From: Lachnospiraceae bacterium
Lineage (GTDB): Bacteria; Bacillota; Clostridia; Lachnospirales; Lachnospiraceae
Assembly (NCBI GenBank): GCA_017500935.1
Contig: JAFVXW010000074.1
Coordinates: 72,131 to 136,130, forward strand
Direction of reading: 5' to 3'
Length of the DNA stretch: 64,000 nucleotides
Positions 29,210 to 37,500 of the stretch are shown here, in pieces (position 1 is the first letter of the stretch; each line of letters opens with the position of its first letter). The notes beneath the pieces were generated by a model, which was given only the letters and a program-made list of their open reading frames with translations, was not told where the DNA came from and made no database searches. Both the position numbers and the translations under genes were made by a program.

Positions 29210-29665
29210 ATGTTTATGAAATTAGTACAAGCCGAACAAAAGCAAATAGAAAGAATTGTAAATATATCAAAAGCTGCTTTTGATAGTGATATTGCTGTCG
29301 GCGCTTCCACTGTGGGAGGCCCGCCTGAGTACGATTCTATTGCATGGCATGAGCAGATGTTCAATGAGAGACATTTATTTCAAGTGGAAAAAGATGGTGA
29401 AATCGTCGGCGGTGCACTTCTCTTTTTGCTTGAGAATGGAAAAATGCTGTATATTGGACGGATTTTTATAGATCCAATTCACCATAGAAAGGGATATGGT
29501 ATTTCCTTGATGGAGCTTGTAGAAAGTTACTATTCCAGTGTAAAGAAAATCGTACTTGATACACCACTTTGGAATGTAAGAACAAATGCTTTTTATAAAA
29601 AGTTGGGCTATTCTGAAGTTAAACGGGATAAGGAATTTGCTTATTATCAAAAAGAATTGGATTGA
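29210..29665 (+). CDS. GNAT acetyltransferase
   Basis: IFIDP.HHRKGYG, FYKKLGY. Confidence 0.88.
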   Translation: MFMKLVQAEQKQIERIVNISKAAFDSDIAVGASTVGGPPEYDSIAWHEQMFNERHLFQVEKDGEIVGGALLFLLENGKMLYIGRIFIDPIHHRKGYGISLMELVESYYSSVKKIVLDTPLWNVRTNAFYKKLGYSEVKRDKEFAYYQKELD

Positions 29666-29767
29666 TAAATCGGGCTGTGTATTCCGAGGTATGAGACAGG
29701 ATTTGGAGTGCTCTTTGAAAATCGAATAGATGTTTGACATAATAACGGTTAGATGGTATCATAGTTA

Positions 29768-29865
29768 TAGAAAAAGGTGCTGCCGATAGACGGTTAGCCC
29801 CAATAATAAATGTTGATCAAAAATGACCGCCAAGTTTTGTCAGGACAGGGCGGTTATTTTTGTGT
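29768..29865 (+). ncRNA. Putative antisense antitoxin RNA (copy 2), ends approximate
   Basis: TTGACA(29734)-N17-TATCAT(29757); ends at hairpin aaatgaccgcc..ggcggttatttt. Confidence 0.6.
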
Positions 29866-29952
29866 CTTGCTATTCTTTCCAAACGAATAGCCAAGACTAA
29901 AGCATGTTAAGCATAAGCTGATAACTGCAATCAAGCTATCGGTTGTAAGCAT
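29854..29952 (-). CDS. Putative type I toxin copy 2, MLTTDSLIAVISLCLTCFSLGYSFGKNSKTQK
   Basis: Reverse-complement paralogue of 15418-15516 (3 aa differences), same RBS and UTR. Confidence 0.75.
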   Translation of the reverse strand: MLTTDSLIAVISLCLTCFSLGYSFGKNSKTQK

Positions 29953-30064
29953 AAGCGAAATCCTCCGTTTTGAGATTTCCACAAGTGGATTTCTATGTAA
30001 ACAGAGGTCACAGTCCTCTGAAAAAGGACTAACTGCCTACCGTGTTAAGGTAGCACCTGAAAAT

Positions 30065-30093
30065 ATCATATCGAATATTTGTTCGAAAAGCAA
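30065..30093 (-). promoter_or_regulatory. SigA promoter with LexA box (toxin copy 2)
   Basis: Minus strand TTGCTT-N17-TATGAT with CGAACAAATATTCG (30085-30072) in the spacer. Confidence 0.72.
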
Positions 30094-30311
30094 GGGGCTT
30101 TGCAAATTCGTGAATGGATTTTTGGGGATGAAGATGTGAAATGAATCACACCGGCAGAAATTAATGTAGATTCATATATTGTCACGGATAGTGTGCGTAA
30201 GATAGATGAGCGAGATTATTAAGTTTGGAAAACAAGAAATTAGAGAAACTCATTAAAGACCGATTTTTGATACGAACAGTTTGATAAAACAGAATTTACA
30301 GAGGTGATCCT

Positions 30312-30572
30312 ATGAAAAAAACAGCAGTATGGCTGGCAGTCATATCCATTATCATATTTGTGATTGCCTGGGGGATAATAGGGCTGAAAATACTTGATGG
30401 CAATTATGTTTTTATGATCGAAGCGTATGCCGCATTGGTTTCGTTGGTGATATTTATCGTATGTGCCCTTTATATGAAAATCACAGACCGTTGTCCGCAT
30501 TGCGGGAAAATGAAACAATCATTCGGAAAATATTGCCCTTATTGCGGCAAAGAATTTGAAAAAACAAATTGA
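30312..30572 (+). CDS. Small membrane protein with C-terminal zinc ribbon
   Basis: 2 TM helices; CPHCG..CPYCG. Confidence 0.75.
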   Translation: MKKTAVWLAVISIIIFVIAWGIIGLKILDGNYVFMIEAYAALVSLVIFIVCALYMKITDRCPHCGKMKQSFGKYCPYCGKEFEKTN

Positions 30573-30588
30573 TAAGGAGGCTTGATAC

Positions 30589-31074
30589 ATGGCAGTCAGA
30601 ATTTTGGAAGTGAAAAAAGAAAGTTGTGCGGCGGCACGCTTTATTGGAAAAAGATACGAAAATGCGCCGGATTGGGGCGAATGGTGGCAGAATGACTGGT
30701 TTTCGATTCTGGAAAAAACAGAACGTCTTTCTTTCAACGGTGACGCATATATCGGAGCAGTACGGGTTGTCAATGGAATGCCGGAGCGCTGGATCGGTAT
30801 GTTCTTTCCGGCAGATGTCTTGGTTCCTGACGGATTTGATTATGCAGATATTGAACCGATGGAATATGCGGTATTCTATCTGTGTGATAAAGAGAACAGC
30901 AGCGATTTTTATTCATTTGAAACACATCAGATGTGTCTGGAAGAATTAAAGGCACTTGGTTTGAAGCGCAAAGAAGATGACTGGTGTTTTGAACGCTATA
31001 ATTGTCCCAGATTTACGACACCTGATGAAAACGGAAATGTTATTTTGGATTATGGTGTTTCTATAGAAAAGTAA
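30589..31074 (+). CDS. Hypothetical protein, GyrI-like effector-binding fold suspected
   Basis: RFIGKRY, WIGMFFP..VPDGF, FERYNCPRF. Confidence 0.6.
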   Translation: MAVRILEVKKESCAAARFIGKRYENAPDWGEWWQNDWFSILEKTERLSFNGDAYIGAVRVVNGMPERWIGMFFPADVLVPDGFDYADIEPMEYAVFYLCDKENSSDFYSFETHQMCLEELKALGLKRKEDDWCFERYNCPRFTTPDENGNVILDYGVSIEK

Positions 31075-31083
31075 GGATAAAAA

Positions 31084-31662
31084 ATGAATATTATTTTGGA
31101 TTTATTTCTGACATTTGCCAGAATCGGTTTATTTACCTTTGGCGGTGGATATGCCATGATTTCGATGATTGAAAATATCTGTGTTGAGCGTAAAAAATGG
31201 ATTACACATGATGAAATGATGAACGTGACCGTTATTGCAGAGTCAACGCCCGGTCCGATCGCCATTAACTGTGCTACCTTTACAGGGTACAAAAAAGCCG
31301 GATTTGTCGGTGCTTTGGCAGCAACATTGGGAATGATTGTGCCGTCATTTTTGATCATTTATTTGATTTCCATGTGTCTGGATAACTTTCTGGAACTGAC
31401 GGTTATCGCCAATGCATTTAATGGGATTAAGGTTGCTGTGGGTATCCTGATTTTGGATGCCGCGATTACGATGATCAAAAAAATGCAAAAGAAAAAATTG
31501 CCCGGAACAATTATGATCTGTTCCTGTGTTGTGATGCTATGTATCAATATCTTTGCATGGAATTTTTCATCTATCAGTCTGATGCTGATCGCAGCAGCTG
31601 TAAGTCTGACCATTTTTATTCTGAATGGTGCACCTGAGCAGAAAGGCGGTGCAAAGAAATGA
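31084..31662 (+). CDS. chrA: Short-chain chromate transporter, subunit 1
   Basis: IGLFTFGGG, AESTPGPIAIN. Confidence 0.88.
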   Translation: MNIILDLFLTFARIGLFTFGGGYAMISMIENICVERKKWITHDEMMNVTVIAESTPGPIAINCATFTGYKKAGFVGALAATLGMIVPSFLIIYLISMCLDNFLELTVIANAFNGIKVAVGILILDAAITMIKKMQKKKLPGTIMICSCVVMLCINIFAWNFSSISLMLIAAAVSLTIFILNGAPEQKGGAKK

Positions 31663-32222
31663 TTTATTTTGATCTGTTTCTTGGATTTTTAAAAGTTGGA
31701 TGCTTTGCTTTCGGCGGGGCGTATGGCGCGATTCCATTGATTCGGGATGTGGTAATGTCATATGGGTGGCTGAATGATGAAATGCTGACTTATATGATTG
31801 CGGTAAGCGAAAGCACACCGGGACCGATTATGGTTAATCTTGCCACCTATATCGGCAGCAGTCAGTCAGGGATTTTAGGTGCTGTGATTGCTACTTTGGC
31901 AGTTGTGTTACCTTCTTTTTTCATTATTCTCCTCATAACGGCGCTGCTGAAAACGGCGTTGAAGAATAAGTATGTGCAGGCTGTTTTGCGGGGGCTGAAA
32001 CCGTGTGTGATCGGCATTGTGCTGGCTACCGGTATTTATATGATTTGGAGTAATTGCTTTGGCAAAATATCTGCACTGCGTTTAAACTTGCGTGCCGTTA
32101 TCATTACTGCGGTTTTGATGATTTCAATGTTTGTATATAAGCATATAACGAAAAAGAAATTATCACCGATCATGCTCATTGTATTATCTGCCGCAGCAGG
32201 TATCGTGGTTTATGGAATTTGA
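31659..32222 (+). CDS. chrA: Short-chain chromate transporter, subunit 2
   Basis: GCFAFGGAYG, SESTPGPIMVNLATYIG. Confidence 0.88.
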   Translation: MIYFDLFLGFLKVGCFAFGGAYGAIPLIRDVVMSYGWLNDEMLTYMIAVSESTPGPIMVNLATYIGSSQSGILGAVIATLAVVLPSFFIILLITALLKTALKNKYVQAVLRGLKPCVIGIVLATGIYMIWSNCFGKISALRLNLRAVIITAVLMISMFVYKHITKKKLSPIMLIVLSAAAGIVVYGI

Positions 32223-32235
32223 AAGGAGAGCGCGC

Positions 32236-32757
32236 ATGGAATTTAAGTGTGAAACCGCCTATAATCAGGAAGCCGTTACGGCTATGGCAAAAGCGATCAG
32301 AAAGACTGCGCGAAAAAAGAAAAGCCGCCGCTCGCACATTTTCGGTGTCATTATTATCATATTTGCGATTTTGCTTACCTTGCCGCTTGGAGAGAAAGAA
32401 TTTATTCTTAATTTTAGGACCGTTTTCACTTGGTTTGTTGCTGCAGTTCTCTTTTTTACCTTGATTTTTGAAGACCAGATAAACGGTTATGTGGCAAGAA
32501 AACGAATGCTGCCCGGCTTGGAAAAAGCATCGGTAATATTTACGGAGGATGGATACCGTTCAGAAACAGAAATTGGCAGCTCGGAGTTTAAGTACAGCAC
32601 GGTCATGCTGCTTGCAGAAACAGCAGATTACCTTGTATTTGTATTTAGCCAGAGTCATGCGCAGGTTTATGATAAAAATAGCATTACAGGCGGCACAATG
32701 GAAGAATTTCGAGAGTTTCTAAAGAAGGTAACAGGCAAGGAGATTCAAACTATTTGA
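32236..32757 (+). CDS. YcxB-family membrane protein
   Basis: 2 TM helices then FTEDG..FKYS..ET.DY domain. Confidence 0.65.
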   Translation: MEFKCETAYNQEAVTAMAKAIRKTARKKKSRRSHIFGVIIIIFAILLTLPLGEKEFILNFRTVFTWFVAAVLFFTLIFEDQINGYVARKRMLPGLEKASVIFTEDGYRSETEIGSSEFKYSTVMLLAETADYLVFVFSQSHAQVYDKNSITGGTMEEFREFLKKVTGKEIQTI

Positions 32758-32793
32758 TACATCGATATCTGTTATGAAAAAGGTAAAGAAAAG

Positions 32794-33621
32794 ATGATAG
32801 AAAAAATACATAGTACCCCCTGCGGCAATATCCATTACTGGGTCAATCTGATCGACAGTGATCTTGTTACGCTGGTTTTTCTGCCGGGCTTAACAGCAGA
32901 TCACAGGCTGTTTAACAAACAGATTTCATATTTCAAAAATAAATATAATGTGTTTGTCTGGGATGCGCCTGCGCATGCGGCTTCCTGGCCATTTACATTT
33001 GATTTTGATTTGATGGATAAAGCAAAATGGCTGTATGAAATTCTGGAACGGGAAGGCATCTTACATCCTGTTATCGTTGGACAATCCATGGGCGGATATG
33101 TGGGACAGGCCTTTGCGCAGCTATATCCTGAAAAAATAAAAGGGTTTGTATCCATTGATTCGGCACCGCTTCAAAGAAAATATGTAACGGCAATAGAAAT
33201 CTGGCTGCTGAAAAAAATGGAGCCGGTATACTATTATTATCCGTGGAAATCATTGCTCAAAACAGGGACAAACGGTGTGGCAGTATCTGAATACGGCAGA
33301 AAGCTCATGCATGAAATCATGATGATTTATGACGGAGATAAAAAACGCTACGCCCAGGTTTCAGGACACGGCATGAAAATGCTGGCAGAAGCCATGGAAA
33401 AGGATTTGCCGTATACAATTTCCTGTCCGGCCCTTTTGATCTGCGGAAAAAGAGACCATGCCGGATCATGTATCAGATATAATAAAGCATGGCACAAAGA
33501 TACCAATATTCCAATCGCATGGATTGAGGAGGCGGGGCATAATTCCAATACCGACAAGCCGGAAATCGTCAATGATCTGATCGAAAAACTGGTCAGGCAG
33601 ATACAGCAAGGAGACAAATAA
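32794..33621 (+). CDS. Alpha/beta hydrolase
   Basis: GQSMGG nucleophile elbow; AGHNSN. Confidence 0.88.
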   Translation: MIEKIHSTPCGNIHYWVNLIDSDLVTLVFLPGLTADHRLFNKQISYFKNKYNVFVWDAPAHAASWPFTFDFDLMDKAKWLYEILEREGILHPVIVGQSMGGYVGQAFAQLYPEKIKGFVSIDSAPLQRKYVTAIEIWLLKKMEPVYYYYPWKSLLKTGTNGVAVSEYGRKLMHEIMMIYDGDKKRYAQVSGHGMKMLAEAMEKDLPYTISCPALLICGKRDHAGSCIRYNKAWHKDTNIPIAWIEEAGHNSNTDKPEIVNDLIEKLVRQIQQGDK

Positions 33622-34140
33622 ATGATCATTTTAATTGCAGGGGCATCTCATACCGGAAAAACGGCACTTGCACAGCGTCTGCTGGAAAAATATAACTATC
33701 CGTATTTATCCATAGATCATCTGAAAATGGGACTGATCCGCAGCGGACATACACAGCTTACACCGATGAGCAGCGATAAGGAGCTTACAGCTTATTTATG
33801 GCCTATCGTTCGCGAAATGATCAAAACTGCCATCGAAAACAATCAGAATATGATCGTGGAGGGCTGTTACATTCCCTTTGACTGGGAAAATGATTTTGAA
33901 AAGGAATACCGCGATTATATCAGATATTACTGTCTTGTGATGACTGAAAACTATATCAGGAATTATTTTGCAGATATCAAAGGTTATGCAAGTGTCATCG
34001 AAAATCGTATGGATGATGAATACTGTACGATGGAAAGTGTTCTGGAAGACAATGCCGAAATGCTGAAAATGGTACAGAAATATGGCGTAAACCACATACT
34101 GATCGATGACAGATATGATGTGGAGATTGATACAGAATGA
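33622..34140 (+). CDS. P-loop kinase (2-phosphoglycerate kinase-like)
   Basis: GASHTGKT, SIDHLKMGL, IVEG. Confidence 0.75.
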   Translation: MIILIAGASHTGKTALAQRLLEKYNYPYLSIDHLKMGLIRSGHTQLTPMSSDKELTAYLWPIVREMIKTAIENNQNMIVEGCYIPFDWENDFEKEYRDYIRYYCLVMTENYIRNYFADIKGYASVIENRMDDEYCTMESVLEDNAEMLKMVQKYGVNHILIDDRYDVEIDTE

Positions 34141-34805
34141 AAATAGAAAATAATATCATAAAACATTATCTGAAAAATGTTTATTTTATCACCGGCACAG
34201 CTTATGCCGGAAAATCAACAACCGTCAGAATGCTTGCGGACCGGTACGACATGATTTTCTGCGGAGAAAATTATCACAGCAGGGTGTCTGATATCGTGGC
34301 AGATCCCAAGCTGCAGCCGGATATCAGTTTCATGAACAATTTAAAAGACTGGAAAGAGTTTGTTACCCGTTCACCGGAAGAATATGAGCGTTGGATTTTC
34401 AGCGTGTCAAAAGAAGCCGCAGAGTTTGAAGTGGCTGAACTGATCTCAATTTCCGGAGAGAAAAAGGTAATTGTGGATACCAACATTCCGCTTGAAATTC
34501 TGAAAGAGATTTCAGATTATGATCATGTTGCGGTCATGCTTTCACCGCAGTCTATGAGTGTGGAGCGCTTTTTTGACCGCAGTGACCCGGAAAAGCAGTT
34601 TATTCTGAATGTTATTAACAGCTGTGAAAATCCGGAAGCGGTTATGGAGAATTACAGACAGGGACTTGCGCTGATCAACAGCAAAAAACATTATGATGAA
34701 TGCGCGCAGAGCGGTTTCTTTACGGTGGTCAGACAGGATGACGGAAAAGACACCAGAGAAGAAGTTTGCGACCGGATTGCAAAACATTTTGGTTTGCGTA
34801 AGTGA
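34137..34805 (+). CDS. P-loop NTPase/kinase-like protein
   Basis: GTAYAGKST Walker A. Confidence 0.7.
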   Translation: MKIENNIIKHYLKNVYFITGTAYAGKSTTVRMLADRYDMIFCGENYHSRVSDIVADPKLQPDISFMNNLKDWKEFVTRSPEEYERWIFSVSKEAAEFEVAELISISGEKKVIVDTNIPLEILKEISDYDHVAVMLSPQSMSVERFFDRSDPEKQFILNVINSCENPEAVMENYRQGLALINSKKHYDECAQSGFFTVVRQDDGKDTREEVCDRIAKHFGLRK

Positions 34806-34823
34806 TGATGGGAGGCAGAACAT

Positions 34824-35324
34824 ATGAAAAAAACACTGATTGTAGTTGATATGCAGAATGATTTCATCGACATGGCATTGGGAACAAAAGAAGCTGTTGC
34901 CATTGTGCCTAAAGTAAAAGAGAAGATTGCCGAATATGTGAACAACAAAGATGAGATCATCTTTACCCGTGACACACATTTTGAAGACTATCTGCAGACC
35001 GCAGAAGGAAGAAAGCTTCCGGTGGAACATTGCATCAAAGGAACCAGGGGCTGGCAGATTGCGGACGGACTTTACGTGGAAGGATGCAAGATCATTGACA
35101 AGCCCAATTTTGGATGGCCCAACTGGAAAGAGGAACAGCTGGAAGAAGTGGAAATGATCGGTCTGTGCACCGATATCTGCGTGGTTTCCAATGCGCTTAT
35201 TATTAAGGCCGCATTCCCGGATATCCCTGTGAAAGTGGACTCAAGCTGCTGCGCAGGCGTAACAGTGGAATCCCATGAAGCGGCACTGAAAGTGATGCAG
35301 ATGTGTCAGGTGGAAGTGGTATAA
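34824..35324 (+). CDS. Isochorismatase/nicotinamidase-family cysteine hydrolase
   Basis: VVDMQNDF, TRDTH, HCI, GLCTDICV. Confidence 0.9.
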   Translation: MKKTLIVVDMQNDFIDMALGTKEAVAIVPKVKEKIAEYVNNKDEIIFTRDTHFEDYLQTAEGRKLPVEHCIKGTRGWQIADGLYVEGCKIIDKPNFGWPNWKEEQLEEVEMIGLCTDICVVSNALIIKAAFPDIPVKVDSSCCAGVTVESHEAALKVMQMCQVEVV

Positions 35325-35330
35325 AGAAAG

Positions 35331-35377
35331 AAAAAACATCCCCATCAGAGTTTATACTCAATGATGGAGATGTTTTT
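35331..35377. terminator. Bidirectional terminator closing the first gene tract
   Basis: aaaaacatccccatca..tgatggagatgttttt between convergent genes. Confidence 0.7.
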
Positions 35378-35414
35378 CATTTCAATAATATTCAGTTAAA
35401 CCACAGAATCCGGC

Positions 35415-37034
35415 TTACGCTTCTTTCTGTGCCCATACATTCTTGATCACAACCAGAGTCACAAGCATCAGAGCAACTGCGATCACAAGGCTGATAGCTG
35501 CGTTCTGTACAAAGCCTGCGATGATGTAAGCTACGAAAGATACTGCAGCAGCTACGATTGCGTAAGGAAGCTGGGTGGATACGTGGTTAACGTGATCACA
35601 CTGACCGCCTGCACTTGCCATGATGGTGGTATCGGAGATAGGAGAACAGTGGTCACCGCAAACCGCACCTGCCATACAAGCTGAGATGGAGATGATCATC
35701 AGAGTAGGATTGGTGTTCTGGAACACACTTACTACGATGGGGATCAGGATACCGAAAGTGCCCCAGCTGGTGCCGGATGCAAATGCAAGGAAGCAGCCAA
35801 CGATAAATACGATAGCGGGAAGGATTGCCATCATGCTGCCGCTGCCGGCTTCTACCAGACCTGCAACATAGTCAGCAGCACCAAGGCTGTCGGTCATTGC
35901 CTTTAAGGTCCATGCAAAGGTCAGGATCAGGATTGCGGGAACCATTGCTTTGAAGCCTTCGGGAATGCATGCCATCATATCACGGAAAGAAATGACTTTG
36001 CGGATCATATAAATGATCAGGGTAAGCAGCAGACCAAACAGACCGCCGATTGCCAGACCAACGGATGCATCACAGTTGGAGAAACTGGAAATGAAAGATT
36101 CGCCGGAGAAAAATCCGCCGGTGTAGATCATACCCAGAACACAGCATACGATCAGGCACAGAACAGGGATTACCAGATCGATCACTCTGCCGTTGGGATT
36201 GATGTCTGCATCCTTAGTGTCATAGGTATGCTCGCCGGTGGTGAACAGGTCGCCCTTTTCAATAGCGTTCTTTTCATGCTTAGCCATGGGACCGAATTCC
36301 ATTTTCATGATAACCATAGCGATCATCATAACAATGGTAAGCAGTGCATAGTAGTTGTAAGGGATTGCACGGATAAACAGGCTGAAGCCGTCTTCACCTT
36401 CTACAAAACCTGCAACAGCAGCAGCCCAGGAAGAGATGGGAGCGATGATGCAGATAGGAGCTGCAGTCGCATCGATCAGGTAGGACAGCTTTGCACGGGA
36501 AATGTTCTGTTTATCGGTGACAGGACGCATAACGCTGCCGACAGTCAGACAGTTGAAATAGTCATCGATGAAGATCAGGCAGCCAAGTGCGATGGTAGCC
36601 AGCTGCGCGCCTGCACGGGACTTGATGTGGGTGCTTGCCCAGCGTCCGAATGCTGCGGAACCGCCCGCTTTGTTCATCAGGGCAACCATAGCACCCAGAA
36701 TTACCAGGAATACCAAGATACCAACGTTGTAGCTGTCGGAAAGTACGGAAATGATACCGCCGGACAGAACGTGGTTGAAGGTCCCTTCAAAGTTGAAACC
36801 GGAGTAGAAAAGTCCACCGACAACGATACCGATGAACAGGGAGCTGTATACTTCCTTGGTGATCAGAGCCAGCACGATCGCGATGATGGGAGGCAGTAAA
36901 GACCAGAAGGTTGCATACATGGAAGGCACATATTCAGCTTCGCCTTCGGATGCGAAAACTGTCATGGAAAACATGAGTGCCAGAAGTAAGGTGGCAGGAA
37001 CGAGGGTTCTTACCTTGTGCATGAATTTTCTCAT
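35415..37034 (-). CDS. Na+/H+ antiporter NhaC-family protein, probable lysine transporter (LysW-like)
   Basis: FIDDYFN, DATAAP, GTSWGT, GDHCSPISDTT; lies downstream of a lysine riboswitch; start ATG 37034 after agagggg. Confidence 0.85.
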   Translation of the reverse strand: MRKFMHKVRTLVPATLLLALMFSMTVFASEGEAEYVPSMYATFWSLLPPIIAIVLALITKEVYSSLFIGIVVGGLFYSGFNFEGTFNHVLSGGIISVLSDSYNVGILVFLVILGAMVALMNKAGGSAAFGRWASTHIKSRAGAQLATIALGCLIFIDDYFNCLTVGSVMRPVTDKQNISRAKLSYLIDATAAPICIIAPISSWAAAVAGFVEGEDGFSLFIRAIPYNYYALLTIVMMIAMVIMKMEFGPMAKHEKNAIEKGDLFTTGEHTYDTKDADINPNGRVIDLVIPVLCLIVCCVLGMIYTGGFFSGESFISSFSNCDASVGLAIGGLFGLLLTLIIYMIRKVISFRDMMACIPEGFKAMVPAILILTFAWTLKAMTDSLGAADYVAGLVEAGSGSMMAILPAIVFIVGCFLAFASGTSWGTFGILIPIVVSVFQNTNPTLMIISISACMAGAVCGDHCSPISDTTIMASAGGQCDHVNHVSTQLPYAIVAAAVSFVAYIIAGFVQNAAISLVIAVALMLVTLVVIKNVWAQKEA

Positions 37035-37181
37035 AATATTATCCCCTCTCTTTAGGTATTTTTCCGGACATGCGGCCGGAGTGGAACGGAAACAGCATGA
37101 TAATAAAAAAAATAAGCCTGAATGCAAAATTGCGCATAGCATTCATGGCTCTTACTGTTCCGCAGTGAAACATAAAAAGTC

Positions 37182-37345
37182 CAACGATAGCGCTCCACGA
37201 ATGTGACAGTCCGACGCATATTCTGCGGCGGCCCAGAAAAGCCTGCCGGGCAGCAAAACTTTTCTTCGGCGCTTTTCCCTTTTTCACAGAACGGCTGCCC
37301 GCCCAAAATCCTGCGATACTGATGAAAAACGCTCCTCTACCATTT
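37182..37345 (-). ncRNA. Lysine riboswitch (L-box)
   Basis: Reverse complement reads atggtAGAGGAGCG..AGTA..AAAGG..GCCGAA..TGGG..AATA..GACTGTCA..GGAGCGCTATCgt. Confidence 0.88.
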
Positions 37346-37500
37346 GTTCTTATTATATTTACGAAGAAATAGGTTCTCTTCGTTTGGATATTTGCGTTAT
37401 ATCATATTGAAAATAACCTGTCAAGAGATTTCACTTGATTTTGGTGGTAGTTTGTGTAAAAATAGGATGAACTGACGTGAAATAGAATACGGAGGAATTC

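Noticed and set aside
9993-35324. Classical integron or superintegron
   Set aside because: No intI-like tyrosine recombinase and no attC (RYYYAAC..GTTRRRY) hairpins seen at junctions
9993-35324. Prophage, ICE or composite transposon
   Set aside because: No integrase, transposase, relaxase, T4SS or structural genes; the inverted repeats at 15.3 and 29.9 kb are TA modules, not IS elements
36228-36899. 223-aa + strand ORF
   Set aside because: Antisense shadow of the NhaC-family gene with no recognisable motifs
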